Assembly (NCBI GenBank): GCA_010909165.1
Contig: VJWM01000107.1
Span: 434,001-498,000 of the forward strand
Direction of reading: 5' to 3'
Source of the DNA: Anthoceros angustus
Taxonomy: Eukaryota > Plantae > Anthocerotophyta
Length of the DNA stretch: 64,000 bases
In this document: positions 35,480 to 49,425 of the stretch, in pieces
Layout: each line of letters starts with the position of its first letter
How positions within the stretch are numbered: position 1 is the first letter of the stretch
The notes under the pieces: model-generated
Told to the model about the DNA's origin: nothing
What the model saw: the letters and a program-made list of their open reading frames with translations, nothing else
The model's database searches: none
Made by a program: the position numbers and the translations under genes

Positions 35480-37330
35480 GACCATTGTTGCTCTCCACAC
35501 CCTTCATCCGGCCCCTGTTGACCTCATTCCATAGGACATCCTGGATTTCATTGCTGAGGAGCCCTTTCGTCTTGACAAGGCGATCTTCGCCAGGGCCCTT
35601 ACCACTGCCCTGCAACTTTCTTCGGGTAGTTTGTCGGGGACAGTTTACGACCACCTTCGGGATTCTTTCGCTCCTGAGGATCCTTCTAGCGGATTTCCGG
35701 AGCTTTCCATTTTGGCAGTGGTCGTGGTGAGGGGCGAGACCCCCACTAGATCTTTCAAATATTGGGTGCCAGCAGGTTACTGGCTATGGAGAAGCCCACG
35801 TCTGGGGTGCACCCTATCGCTGCCGGGGATCCTGTGTTCTTGCGGCTCATAAGTCGCAGCCTTGCTATTCAACTCCGGGAGCAATTCCAAGCAAGTCTTT
35901 GCCCCCACCAATTTGGGATTGCCACTTCGTGGGGCTGTGAGTTGGCGGCCTTCAGTGTGGAGGCGGTTCTTAAGTCACATCCAAATTGAGTTGTGTCACG
36001 CCCGTGTGGCACTAATCTTAGCGCTTGGGTTTAGTGTTTGCTTAATTAACATAAGCACTTGAGATTAATTAATATTAATTACTTAGTTAAAGATAAGAGC
36101 AAGTAATATGCTTTAGGATATGTCTTGCATATTATAGTGTATTCTTAAGATATTTTCGGCATATGCTAATAGCATATATATTTTAGGAATATGCCGATGC
36201 CAAGGGCTAGTATATATAGACCCTTTCACAGAGGACAAGCTAAGATCCTCATAGCTTGTCCTCTTGATATGCAATGCAAGAGTGTTGTGAGGAGGCCAAA
36301 GCTATGACTCCGAGAGCGATGTGTAAGGAATTTGCGTATTGTTCTGGAGGGGAGAGTGTGTTTGTGTCACGATGTGCGAGCTACTCTCTCCTATTGTTAC
36401 AAGCTATGATCTCTTGTGTACGCTAGATAGGCGTGCTAGGATTGATAAGCTTACTAGGCAAGTTAGGCGATGTTAGGCCATGCAAGGTTTAGTGTGCTGG
36501 GCGTGCTAGGTGTGCTAGGCGATGCTAGGCCATGCTAGGCTTAGTGTGCTATGATTTCTAGGCATGCTGAGGTGATGCTAGGCTATGCTTAACTTATTAG
36601 GCGAGTAGGCAAGGGACCCTTTGAAGCCAAGGTGGAGCTTGAAGAGTATGCCCAATGTTTGGGGCAAGAGGGAGTCCCTTGAAGAGGCCTAAGTCTCGAG
36701 GCTTGAAGCCAAGAGAGGGGACCAAGGCCAAAGGAGAGGCCCAAATCCCAAGGCTTGAGGCTTGGAAAGGGGACCAAGGCCAGAGGAGAGGCCCAAGTCT
36801 CAAGGCTTGAGGCTAAGAGAGAGGACCCAAGGCACAAGGAGAGGCCCAAGCCCCAAGGCCTGAGGCCAAGAAGAAGAAGCCCACGTCCCAAAGAGAGGAA
36901 TGAGACCTTCCAAGGGAGCTTGGCCTTTTAAGGCCAACCAGCCAAGGGATAAAGAAGAGTAAAATACTCTAGGGCACTTGGAAGCTGGATTTCAGGGTGA
37001 TAAGGAAGGAGACAATAATATTTGGTAAATTACATAAGTACACACCTATGCAGGAGGCCATGCCTTCATCTCCCTTGCCATCGAGACTCTTGGGGCTATG
37101 GGCAAGGGTTTTTCAAGGCTCATAAAGGATTACTAAAGCCTACCACGGTCAGAGGAACGGTGTAGGTCTCCCCCTTTCCTCTGTAGTTGCGTTCTTTCGA
37201 TAACGCATATCCATCGCGCTAAAGAGGGCGTTGGCCAACGCTATTTACAGGATGACAACGAGCGCATGAGACGCGGCTTCATTAGGGTATATGGCTCTTT
37301 CCATCTCTTCGTCTTTATAACGTCTCCAGG
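35480..37330 (+). mobile_element. Degenerate RLE-type LINE: RT N-terminal remnant (about 35480-35993) and endonuclease C-terminal remnant (about 36965-37330), split by an insertion
   Basis: ASRLLAMEKP..GVHPIAAG..LRLISR..PHQFGI..GCE..HPN, then GHAFISLAIETLGAMG...RISIALKRALANAI, with stops and frameshifts. Confidence 0.75.
35994..36960. mobile_element. LTR-like insertion (probable Ty3/Gypsy LTR fragment) nested in the LINE
   Basis: Starts TGTCACGCCC exactly where the RT homology stops and contains internal short repeats (gtgctagg units; ggcccaag/aaggcttgagg units). No clean terminal CA or target-site duplication was found. Confidence 0.5.
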
Positions 37331-37801
37331 ATCTTTATAATGTATGCCCACTTTGATTTATACTTTCCTGCGCTGCGCAGAGTTAACTATGCTTAAAACC
37401 ATATTTCCATCAATAGCTCCAAGATTGTGGCCCGTTTCCACTAATGGATGGCTGCAAAATACTTTAGTGACTTGCTTATTGCGCATCCTAGATCGAATTT
37501 CATAGCAAAGATTATGTAACAACTACGTACGTATATCAATTATTATGTATCTTACATTTTCATAATGAAAGAATGAAGAGCAATAACGAAGATAAGCTGG
37601 CAATCGAGAGTTTTCAATGCCTATCCTGAGTCTACTCATCTTCAACAATCAACCAAATAGATGACGGGTTTATCCCATCTCTGTGTAGTAAATGAAGCAT
37701 TTCCAATTTGTTCTAAATAAAGTTAACTCGAAAACTCATTTGGGAAGTAGTTAAGTTGACAAGCAATAAAAGTGGAAAGTTCTTGTTTTTAGAGCAAGCT
37801 T

Positions 37802-38010
37802 GTCCAAATGCCTTAGGCGAAATAGACACACATTTACAAGAACGTGTTTGTTAAGCATCTTGCACTTCGATCGCTGCGTAAATGGGATGTGTAGAGGGAG
37901 TGCAAGCCTTGGTGCTAATAACTTAGGTAAGCCATGGTACAAATTCTGAAGTACCAAGTCCCATGATAGGAAAAATTTCACCCTTGTGGACTATAATATA
38001 TTTCTTCTCT
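37802..38010 (+). repeat. Diverged copy of the dispersed repeat of about 210 bp
   Basis: gtccaaatgccttaggcgaaatagacacacattt...aagtaccaagtcccatgatagg...gtggactataat aligns throughout with 60200-60420. Confidence 0.8.
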
Positions 38011-38216
38011 TTATATTAAAACATTGCAACTTAATATTTTTGGAGCATAATTGGATCTATATGTATATGACAGAGTAGTTTCCTAGATGAGATATCTTTC
38101 TAGCTATATAAGTGGGGCTGGTTGATGTAATACTTTCTCACATAACCCATTGACTGTACATGAATAATTTTTTTTATCGGTTCCAACAAAACAAATATAA
38201 CACATACAATTAGGGT

Positions 38217-38486
38217 ATGTCTCATTCAGATCAAGAAGATTGTTGTATATGTCTTCATTCCATTGAAATGTTCAAGTTCACTAAATTAAGATCATGTAGA
38301 CATCGAATTCACACATATTGTCTCGCTCAGTGGGTTACGCGTGGTAATACCACATGTCCTCTTTGTAGAGGAGCATTAGATGTACCACGGCTGAATCATG
38401 ACTATGCACTTGAAGAATTTCAAACATTATGGAATAAGATTATGCGTTTTGTGCGAAGATTTGATATGCATTTAAACAATTTTTAA
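38217..38486 (+). CDS. Small intronless RING-H2 zinc-finger protein (putative E3 ubiquitin ligase)
   Basis: CCIC...CRHRIHTYC..W......CPLC gives the C3H2C3 pattern; TATA-like ctatataag at about 38104. Confidence 0.75.
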   Translation: MSHSDQEDCCICLHSIEMFKFTKLRSCRHRIHTYCLAQWVTRGNTTCPLCRGALDVPRLNHDYALEEFQTLWNKIMRFVRRFDMHLNNF

Positions 38487-38690
38487 TACTATGGATTAAG
38501 ATTATGCGCTTTGTGCGAAGATTTCATATGTATTTGAACAATTTCTAATCCTATGGAATAAGATTATGCGCTTTGTGCAAAGATTTCATATGTATTTGAA
38601 CAATTTCTAATCCTATGGAATAAGATTATGCGCTATGTGCGAAGATTTCATATGTATTTGATCAATTTCTAATCCTTTGAAATAAGATCA
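38429..38690. repeat. 62-bp tandem repeat (about 4.3 copies) starting inside the 3' end of the RING ORF
   Basis: atggaataagattatgcgctttgtgcgaagattt... units begin at 38429, 38491, 38553 and 38615, with a partial unit at 38677. Confidence 0.92.
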
Positions 38691-39470
38691 TGCCCTGGTC
38701 TCCGCAATGTGTGGGCCTAAGTCGCCATTTGTTAGTACTATACGAATTTTGATATGCTTTTGAAATATGTATAAAATCTTTGAATGCCCTCGTCTCCGCG
38801 GTGTGCGGACCTACGGAACCACCATTTTTTAGTGCTATACGGGTTTAGTCCATATCAAAATTTCAGTACTGGACCTGAACGTAAAGTTTGAAATATCTAT
38901 AAAGTTTTCGAGCGCCTTTGAAATATCTACATGTATGTAGTCTCTCAATGCCTTTGAAATATGTATGAATTTAAAGTCTCTGCATTCCCTCGTCTCTGCG
39001 GTGTGTGGAGCCGCTAGTTGTTAGTGCGCCGCCCATGTGGTTTGTAAAACTAGGGTTGCCGGCTGACCGAGATATCTCCCAACTGCGGTATGCTAACAAG
39101 GTATGTCCCATGCGGTTTGCAGACCAGATTGCCAGCTTGCCAGCTTGCCTGCTGGACACTCGAAAGCCCCTAAGCCTAGGATGGCTCCCATTACATCCAT
39201 GATTTGCCCGAACTGCTTTAGATGCGAAAGAAGAACCGGAGGAGGGGCAGCGTGCATATAAGGTGACCTAGGCATCTGCTAAAGCATGAAGAGAGAGTAA
39301 GCGATCCTAGGGCAAGAACATCTGCATGATTAGGGTTATCATAAACACAGACAAACTGCCTCCTAACTGTGAACTCCTGAAGCAGAGTTTAGAGGAAAGC
39401 TGGAGTCGGGTTGTCCGTGACCATTTGCACGTTTGAGGTGGAAACTCAGACTGGTCAATGCGGATGCTAT

Positions 39471-40670
39471 CTAAACAGCTTTGTTGGCATTCCACATGGA
39501 GTAAAGCCACGGTAACTGAGTGAGGTGCATGGCTAAGTAGAGAGTCCAAAGCGCTGCCAGAAGCCGCAAAGTGACTGCTAGGAACACTCCGCCGAACAAT
39601 ACATACACCATCTCCACACCTCGTACTAATTGCACAAACCTGTAGCCCGTATACAGAATCGGGACAAGTGGGAAGACCGGCAGATGGTCATTGTACAGGA
39701 GCCTTTCATAGGCAACCTGAACAAAGATGAGGGCCAGATATGGCACCAGAATACAAACAGCCATACCAAAGGTCCCAAGAAATACTGAGAGCAATAAGGC
39801 AGCGATCGCAACTGCAACTCCGAGATAGCTTAAACAGTTCTGCACATGAGGAAGCCCCTTGGGATAGCCTGTATACTCCCACGGTCCAATCCAAGGTGCA
39901 GGCCCCCCGGGCACCATCTGATGGTGGCCGGCCTTGTTGGCAAGGACCAGGAACAGGTCAGCCGACAAGACAAACAGGAGGTCGGTTGCCAGTGACGCAA
40001 TCAGACCCATGACGTATGAACTTGCAACCAGGTCCGTCAGCGGAAGCACAGCAGGTGTCAAAAATAAGGCAGTTGTTGCCAGCAGTGGCCCGGCCAACCA
40101 TGCGTATCCTGCTTGCTTTGTGACGAAATATGCTAGCTTGGTTCTCACCGAGCTTTGCCTCTTAGGTCTAGGTCTGCCCTCAGTTCCCCTGTCAGTGGAA
40201 ACAGGGACTTCCTCCCCTCTGTCACTTCTTGAGCTCAATCCCGTATGACTTGCAGAGTTCCGCTCAAAGGCAGCCGGTTTGCGACCGCCGCTATCCCTCT
40301 GTCCTGCCCTGGACGACGGGGATCTGTCTTCAGAGGCTTCAGCTGCTCTAATGGCCGTTTGCATATTCCTTCCACGGGAAGAGTGCACATATTTGCCGTT
40401 TCTGTTCCCAACGACGCCACTTTCCCCTCCGAAGCACGCTGCTGCTACATGATCTAGGCATGCACAGCCAACACGAAGGGTGGGTCTGCTCTTCTCCAAC
40501 ACCGATGAGAATTTTGCAGTCGCAGAAAGCCTTCGTTCAGTGTTGGAAATGGATTGCAAACTAGAACACACACACCAGCCGAACGGGAAGCTGGCAAACA
40601 GTCTCGACATAGAAGAAGCCAACGGAGGTCTAGACGCTACCCGTGCATTGCTGACACACATGAAATCCAT
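39471..40670 (-). CDS. Putative plastid-targeted multi-pass membrane protein of unknown function
   Basis: Single long ORF (399 aa from ATG 40670); Ser/Ala/Arg-rich transit-peptide-like N-terminus and several hydrophobic helices (WLAGP, PVFPLVP..Y...YRFVQL). Confidence 0.75.
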   Translation of the reverse strand: MDFMCVSNARVASRPPLASSMSRLFASFPFGWCVCSSLQSISNTERRLSATAKFSSVLEKSRPTLRVGCACLDHVAAACFGGESGVVGNRNGKYVHSSRGRNMQTAIRAAEASEDRSPSSRAGQRDSGGRKPAAFERNSASHTGLSSRSDRGEEVPVSTDRGTEGRPRPKRQSSVRTKLAYFVTKQAGYAWLAGPLLATTALFLTPAVLPLTDLVASSYVMGLIASLATDLLFVLSADLFLVLANKAGHHQMVPGGPAPWIGPWEYTGYPKGLPHVQNCLSYLGVAVAIAALLLSVFLGTFGMAVCILVPYLALIFVQVAYERLLYNDHLPVFPLVPILYTGYRFVQLVRGVEMVYVLFGGVFLAVTLRLLAALWTLYLAMHLTQLPWLYSMWNANKAV

Positions 40671-41254
40671 GATTGCAACCACACGCTTCAACAACACCAC
40701 CGTTACCACTACAGCATCTCCAACCCCACAACCTTCCAGGGAGGGTACGATGCAGCTATGAGAGGCCCGGCCTGTCAACCATGGGATGCCAAGTGGACGC
40801 CATGCGGCTGCTCCCCATGTGGCAGCACCCTGTGATTATGGGACATAGAATATCCAGCTGTGCAAGCACAAGGACCAGGAGAAATACCTACTGCGAGCGC
40901 AAGAATGTACATACCTGCATGCATATTCTGTATTTATCATCCTGCATATACGTGTAGTTACCGCACTCCGCGGACCGAGAGAGCCGTCCATTTTATTATC
41001 GCCTTCCCTTTTTGTCTTCTTTTTTTCTCAGAATATATACTTATCGTAGTGACTCGCTTGCAAATCGGCTGCGATTCCAGGTAAAAACAGGCTCACTGAG
41101 CCTTCCACTATGTACATTCGCTGTGAACTGCCCAACTGGGCGGTACAAGACTGGGCAAAACAAGTTGGCACTTCTCTTTGAATAAAAAGCACCGAAGCGA
41201 GCGAGTGGCACATCAATTGGGGGGTCACAGATCTCGGGCCTATCTCAGCTGACC

Positions 41255-41860
41255 TTGGACAGCAATAATCTGTCGGGTACGATTCCCTCTTTTCTAAGAA
41301 AAATGCCTCTGCGTCGCTCGTATCTTCAAATCAACCACTTCGCCGGGAGCATCCCACCCAGATTTCAGCAGGTTGTACACCTCAGGGACCTTTGTCTATC
41401 CTCAAATAATCTTTCCAGATTTAAACATCCCGAATACGTTCATGAACATGACGGAGCTAGCGCTGCAGGAACTCTACTTGAAGAATACTTGTTGGTTTGA
41501 GAATACTTCACCATTCCCACAATGGGTTGAACGGGTCGATTCCCGGGAGTTCTGGCAAGCTGCACTCGTTGAGTACATGGATTTAAGCGACAACCTGCTG
41601 TCTGGAAACAACATTCCCAGCACTCTCTCAAGTCTGGTTTCATTGAGTCAGTTCATCGTTGCCGCGAATAATCTTTCTGGTCCAATTCCGACCGGAAATC
41701 AGTTCAGCATTAGGTTATCTCATCGTATCTCCCAGGAAATCCAGCGCTCTGTGGTGCTCCACCGCTGCCTTGCCCATTTCCTGAAGGAGTCCAGGACATG
41801 AGATAGTCACTAGGTACATGGGTTCCACAGAAGTCCTCCTTGATTTTGTTGGGTGTACGT
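41255..41860 (+). pseudogene. Fragmented LRR receptor-like protein pseudogene
   Basis: LDSNNLSGTIP, NHFAGSIP, MDLSDNLLSG.IP..L, AANNLSGPIPTGNQF and GNPALCG.P remnants spread over different frames with stops. Confidence 0.75.
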
Positions 41861-42142
41861 GGATAGTGAGAAGACTCAAGAAGCATCCGTGAATCTTCAC
41901 GACGCCTTCGGAAAAGGGAGCTTGCACGACTGACGTTTTAACTCTTTTAATTTCTGGACAAAAGAAACAAGCACAATCGATCTCTTTCATTTTCTAAATT
42001 GATTTAAGTCCTTTAAAAGTGTGTACACTGCAATGTGCAACTTGAGGCTTCGTCTCTTTCATGTTTATGTATGTTCATTCCCAGTACAAACTGCGCATCG
42101 GATCCGCCGGCTCGCTCACCAGTGAGTGATGCAGAGCTTCGA

Positions 42143-42592
42143 TCAAGTATCACAGCTGCAAATGGCGTTGCAGTTGTACGAGGGGATTTCCTGAGCCAAC
42201 TCCACCTGCGACTCCGACAATTCGGTTCCGAGTCCCAGCGACTGTCCTGAGGCAGGTGAAGTTGCGGACGGATCAGGCACATACGGAGTCGAACCCGCGC
42301 CTTCCTCAGGCGGGGAAGGAGGCGGGATGATATAGAGATCCGGAGGCGGCGGCGTGCTGCCGTCCGGGCCAGGAGGATACTTGCATTCACAGTTCCCAAT
42401 TGCACAGTAAAAGCTGAAGCCGCAAGGCCCGTCGCAGACCGCCCCCCACGCAAGGCGAGTGTCGCTTGCCGATACCGCCAGGCGCGGAACCACTTTCGAT
42501 CTCAGCTCAGCAGGCCTGGCGCCTGCAGCGCTCTGCACCACACCCACCGTGAGGAGGAAGAGAAGTGAGAAGCCATGACCGTACCTCCCCAT
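42143..42592 (-). CDS. Small secreted Cys-rich/Pro-rich protein of unknown family
   Basis: Signal peptide ending ...QSAAGARP, a C-x3-C-x5-C-x4-C-x-C cluster, a PPPP tract and a C-terminal CNAICSC. Confidence 0.65.
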   Translation of the reverse strand: MGRYGHGFSLLFLLTVGVVQSAAGARPAELRSKVVPRLAVSASDTRLAWGAVCDGPCGFSFYCAIGNCECKYPPGPDGSTPPPPDLYIIPPPSPPEEGAGSTPYVPDPSATSPASGQSLGLGTELSESQVELAQEIPSYNCNAICSCDT

Positions 42593-43812
42593 CTCGTACG
42601 TTGCCTGCGTACAACCTACGTTTCTGGTGCAGATTTCAGTGCCTCTGTATTAATATATGTTAAGGGAATCTGAAGCTAGTATGGAAGGTTGTGCTGGCTG
42701 TTGAACGATTTGCTTCTGAAATAGATGCTGCGTGGCTGCCTTTTGGGTACAGCGCACGATGTTGTTGCTGTTTTGTTATTCCTTCTCAAGCTCCCTACTC
42801 CAGGACGAGGGATTCCATTACCATGACTGTTCTTAGTAACCTGGAATCGGAAGGGACAAGCATGGGGTTAAGAGCGCAGAACACGTCATAGGGCGACCTG
42901 GGGATGATGAATTAAAGAAAAGAATTGACTATGTTGACTACCGATTACACAGAAAGAAACTGAGAACATCTCCCCTGGCCAGAGGAAATACTGGGCACTG
43001 CGGCTTGGAATTCCCCATTTCATCATTTCCGGGACTTCCTGCTTTGCGCATCAAGAAAACATGAGCTGAAAACCTGGCAGCTAATGATCTACTGCTACGC
43101 TGCAGTTGTGAACATACATCAGAACTTGACCAAAGAAGAGATCCAAACGATAGAATAGGTCCCATCCGACCAGAACAAAGAGATGGTGATGAACGAGGAT
43201 GATGCCGTATGCCTTGAAATCTGCAGAGCTCTCAGTCCTCAGTCCAGGCAAATGAAAATTTGACTACCACACGGGCATGTGGGAGAGGTCATGGCCCTGC
43301 TTGCGACCTAGAAACACCATCTTCATGTCCTTGGAAACCTTGAAGGTCCTTAGCAAAGGAAGGTCTTCGATGTCAGGATGAATTCTTCACTACAATGTTA
43401 CTTTACAAAGAAAGATTAATAATATTAATACCTACGTTTTACTTTACAAGGGAGGATTAATAATATTAGCTACCTCCGTTTATAGGTATGAATATTCCCT
43501 AGTTTACTATGTATGAACGATTTGTTCAATGCACCTGTGGGCGATGCACCAGTTTGGTGGAGCTGAAGAACACCTTCTGCACCCCTATGTAATTCCCAGC
43601 TGCTTCCGTTGGGATCTCAACGACGGGCGGAAAGAAGAAGACGGAAAGAACTGCTTGGGCTCGTTTCCGCATCACGTGTCAGGTCTGAGAAAGGTGCTTT
43701 GTGTTTGTTCGATCGGACTCCGCTTTGGTGAACAGTCGCCGCATAGAGAGCTGGAAGACGAAGGGAGGATATGGAGGCAAAGTTGTTAAGGATGTGAGTT
43801 GCGGCAGCAGGG

Positions 43813-45575
43813 ATGGCAGCAATGCAGGGAGCAGGATCAGGCGCGCAGATGCAACCCTACGGCCAGGCGCCGTCACCGGTGTACAACAGAGTGGCAACGC
43901 CACCAACTGGAGCGGCAGGCCAAGGCATGGCAGCCCCCAGCAAGAAGAGGGGGCGGCCAACACCTGCAGCGGCTGTGGCGTCCACTGCAGCAGTGACTAA
44001 CAACGCCTACAAGGCTCAGGAGCTGGCTCCAGCTGCCCGCAGGAAGAAGCGCAAGGTGCAGGAAAAGCAGCTGCCAGAACGCATAGCAGCGCTGCTGCCG
44101 GAGTCCGCTATCTACACGCAGCTGCTGGAGTTCGAGGCTCGGGTGGACGCTGCTCTCACCCGCAAGAAGCTGGACATTCAGGAGGCTGTGAGGTAAAGGC
44201 TTGTCCGGTTGGAGCTACCCTTGTGCTATGTGCTCTGAAGCGTCTTTTGGCTTGGCAGTTCCAACTTGGCTGTGCTGCATGATTGATATGTTGGTGGTGG
44301 GTTGTTTGTGCGTGGAGTCTACATAGAAACCCGCCTCGAATGCAACGCACTCTTAGGATGTATATTTTCAATACCTACCACAACCAAGTGAATGATCACG
44401 CACAGAATTTGCCAGGGGGTAGACCGCAGGATGGACCGTCTTGGAATCTTAGAATTATGGGACGGCTTCTGGACGAAGCTGGGTTAGATTCTCAGACGGC
44501 TGCAAACCTGCCAAAGTTCTCTTCCTTTTTCAAGAAGATCTCAGTCAACTTGGATCCACTCTTGTACCCGGACAATCACACCATTATCTGGGATGGAGCA
44601 CGGACCAACAACTCTGTGGAGGGTTTTGAGATCAAGAGGAAGGGGGACAAGGAGTTCAATGTTAAGATTAAGCTAGAGCTCAGTTATAGTCCCGAAAGGT
44701 TCAAACTGTCGCAGAGTCTTGCTGAGCTTCTCGGGGTGGAGGTGGACACCAGGCCCAGGATCATAGCTGCACTATGGCAGTACATCAAGGGCAAAAAACT
44801 CCAGAATCCCTCTGACCCAACGGTCATCAACTGTGATCCACCATTGCGCAAGATTCTTGAGGACGATTCCATCAAGTTTGCTTATGTTGCCCAGAAACTG
44901 CATCCGCATCTTTCAACACCTCAACCCATTCAGCTTGAGCATCGCATCAAAGTCAGTGGCAGGAACCCTGCAGGTAACAAGTTTGTCCTGATCTTTGTAT
45001 CCTCAGGGGGAGGTAGTGTGTCCCTGCAGTTTTGGTTGGGCATAGATTTAGGTCATTGGCTATGTTGTGGCGCTCTTACTGACAGCCCGTTTTTCTTCTT
45101 TAGGGCAATCTTGCTACGATGTTTCAGTGGATGTTCCGGCTCCTCTGCAAAAGGAGATGAACAACTTTCTTGCAAACATTGAAAAGCACAGGGACATTGA
45201 CAACTACGACGACATCATCTGTGCCTCAATAAGGAAAATCAATGAGCACAGGAAGCGGAGAGCTTTCTTTCTTGGTTTCAGCAACTCCCCTGTGGATTTT
45301 ATCAACGGTTTAATTGCATCCCAAAGTAGAGATCTGAAAATGGTCAGTGGTCAACCAAACCGAAATGCCGAAAAGGAGCGTCGGTCGGACTTCTACAATC
45401 AGCCCTGGTATGTATCAGCTCCAGACTTTCACGCCTGCCTTGCCATATTTAACTCTCTGCTTTGAGATGGACCACTCACAATATTTCCTGTTTGTGTTGC
45501 AGGGTGGAAGATGCTGTCATTCGCTACCTAAATCGACGGCCAGTGAAGGGTGCCGATGGTCTTGGAAACTCTTGA
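43813..45575 (+). CDS. SWP73: SWI/SNF complex subunit SNF12/BAF60 (SWP73/CHC1 homolog); exons 43813-44192, 44327-44973, 45104-45407, 45503-45575
   Basis: LLPESAIYTQLLEFEARVDAAL.RKK, LRMYIFNT, SWIB domain (LWQYIK.KKLQNPSDP..INCD) and FYNQPWVEDAVIRYL. Confidence 0.95.
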
Positions 45576-46095
45576 TGTGGGATCAGCATTTCGATGGAGA
45601 CAAGCTGGCTGTCCGAAATCCTTACTGTTATGCTCGAATCTTGTCCTGTACCGATAAGTTCATAAATATGACCAGTACAATTCGGCAAACAGGCAGCGTC
45701 GAATCTGCGCCTGCCAAGTTAGAGATCACCATTGGTCTTTTTCTGCGGATGCTGAGGTTAGCGCATAGTGTGTAAGTTGTACGGTGAGGTTGTACAGTTG
45801 AGTCAGTTGACGCCCATGGCCTTTACTCAAAGTCCTCACACTTCTCCGAGTTTTCCGAGCCCCAAATCAGCATTTATGTACATACGCCACATTGCCTCCA
45901 CAATGGCATGTGCGTACAGGCAACGTTGTGTTTCATTGTTTACTTCCTAGCTTCCTCTGAAGGTGTTCCCAGGATGACACACTTAATCATCCAGTTCTAT
46001 GCTCGAGCTGCCGAGCTACTTGTAACAGTATTAAGCACATGGATAGGCAAAAGCTTGTGCGTGACCCAAGTCCAGGAACTTCCCAGTCAGTGACG

Positions 46096-48445
<2,350 letters not shown>

Positions 48446-48708
48446 CTCGGTGAGTCAAGCCGGTGCGAGAGCTGGTGGAAGATGCGATGGGAGCACACGC
48501 AAATAATGCACCTCTGGAACCAGTTCTGTTATTCCGGTCTTGAGAAAAAGCGGGTCATCATGCTTTATGTACGAGTATCACCTAGACTGAAGATTCTATT
48601 CGGTGAAGAGAATTGCAATTTGTGTTTGTATCGCTTCCCACGGTGGAGCGAATTTGGAGTAACAGTGAAGAAAAAATAGAATAGTCTTACTCCGAGAAGT
48701 CTTTTCTC

Positions 48709-49425
48709 TCAGAGCTGAAATGGCACAGAATAGTGCACGAAACTAGCTTGGCAGATGCCCAGAATGCAGCCAGTCACTACATCCAGCAGGTAATGTCTAC
48801 CGAGTAGAACTCTTGAAGTTGCCGTCAGTAGAGCCCAAGCCGACAGTGTCCCAGTGAAGACCAAAGCAAGGACTGTAGCAAGCGAGGTCTGCCAGATGGG
48901 TTGAGCGGCCTGGGTGTTGGCGGAAAAGGTGAGAGATGTCGAAATAATGTGCTTCCACAAAGGAAGGTGCAGCCAGCAGTAGGTGGCAATGAGGAAGACT
49001 CTGGTGGAGTGACCACTGGGAAATGACCAATGGTCTACTGAGGCCACAACGAACATTCCCTTGGGATTGTACACTGGACGTGGCCTTCGAACCAAGAGCT
49101 TTAGGGAACCAACCACCGCCAGGTCGAGGAGGAACCCTAGGAAAAGATTGCGACTGAAGATCTTGAGGCTAAGATGCACAGCAAAGGGAGCCAGCCAGAT
49201 GGCTATAGTGACCGGGATCCAGAATCTGCCATCTCCAGAGTGCTCCAGAAGCTGAAGGTAGTAGCGATTCCATTTCAGGCCCTTCTGGTACAGTGAGCAG
49301 GACAGTGCTGTGTCGTGGTCCAGGATAGACGTCAGAAATGGAGGTGCCGGTTCATCCGAGTCAAGCTTGGGAGTTGTGGAGGGACTCGTGGGAGACAGGG
49401 AGGAGATGGCCTCGCAGTTGATCAT
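48709..49425 (-). CDS. PAP2-family lipid phosphate phosphatase (LPP-beta/PLPP6-like), intronless
   Basis: LLEHSGDGRFW, K..VRRPRP (C1), SFPSGH (C2) and SRVLLGRHY..DV (C3). Confidence 0.92.
   Translation of the reverse strand: MINCEAISSLSPTSPSTTPKLDSDEPAPPFLTSILDHDTALSCSLYQKGLKWNRYYLQLLEHSGDGRFWIPVTIAIWLAPFAVHLSLKIFSRNLFLGFLLDLAVVGSLKLLVRRPRPVYNPKGMFVVASVDHWSFPSGHSTRVFLIATYCWLHLPLWKHIISTSLTFSANTQAAQPIWQTSLATVLALVFTGTLSAWALLTATSRVLLGRHYLLDVVTGCILGICQASFVHYSVPFQL

Noticed and set aside
42940-43390. Minus-strand frame with protein-like stretches (LLRTFKVSKDMKMVFL...)
   Set aside because: Multiple stops and no motif I can assign; possibly an old pseudogene but unsupported.
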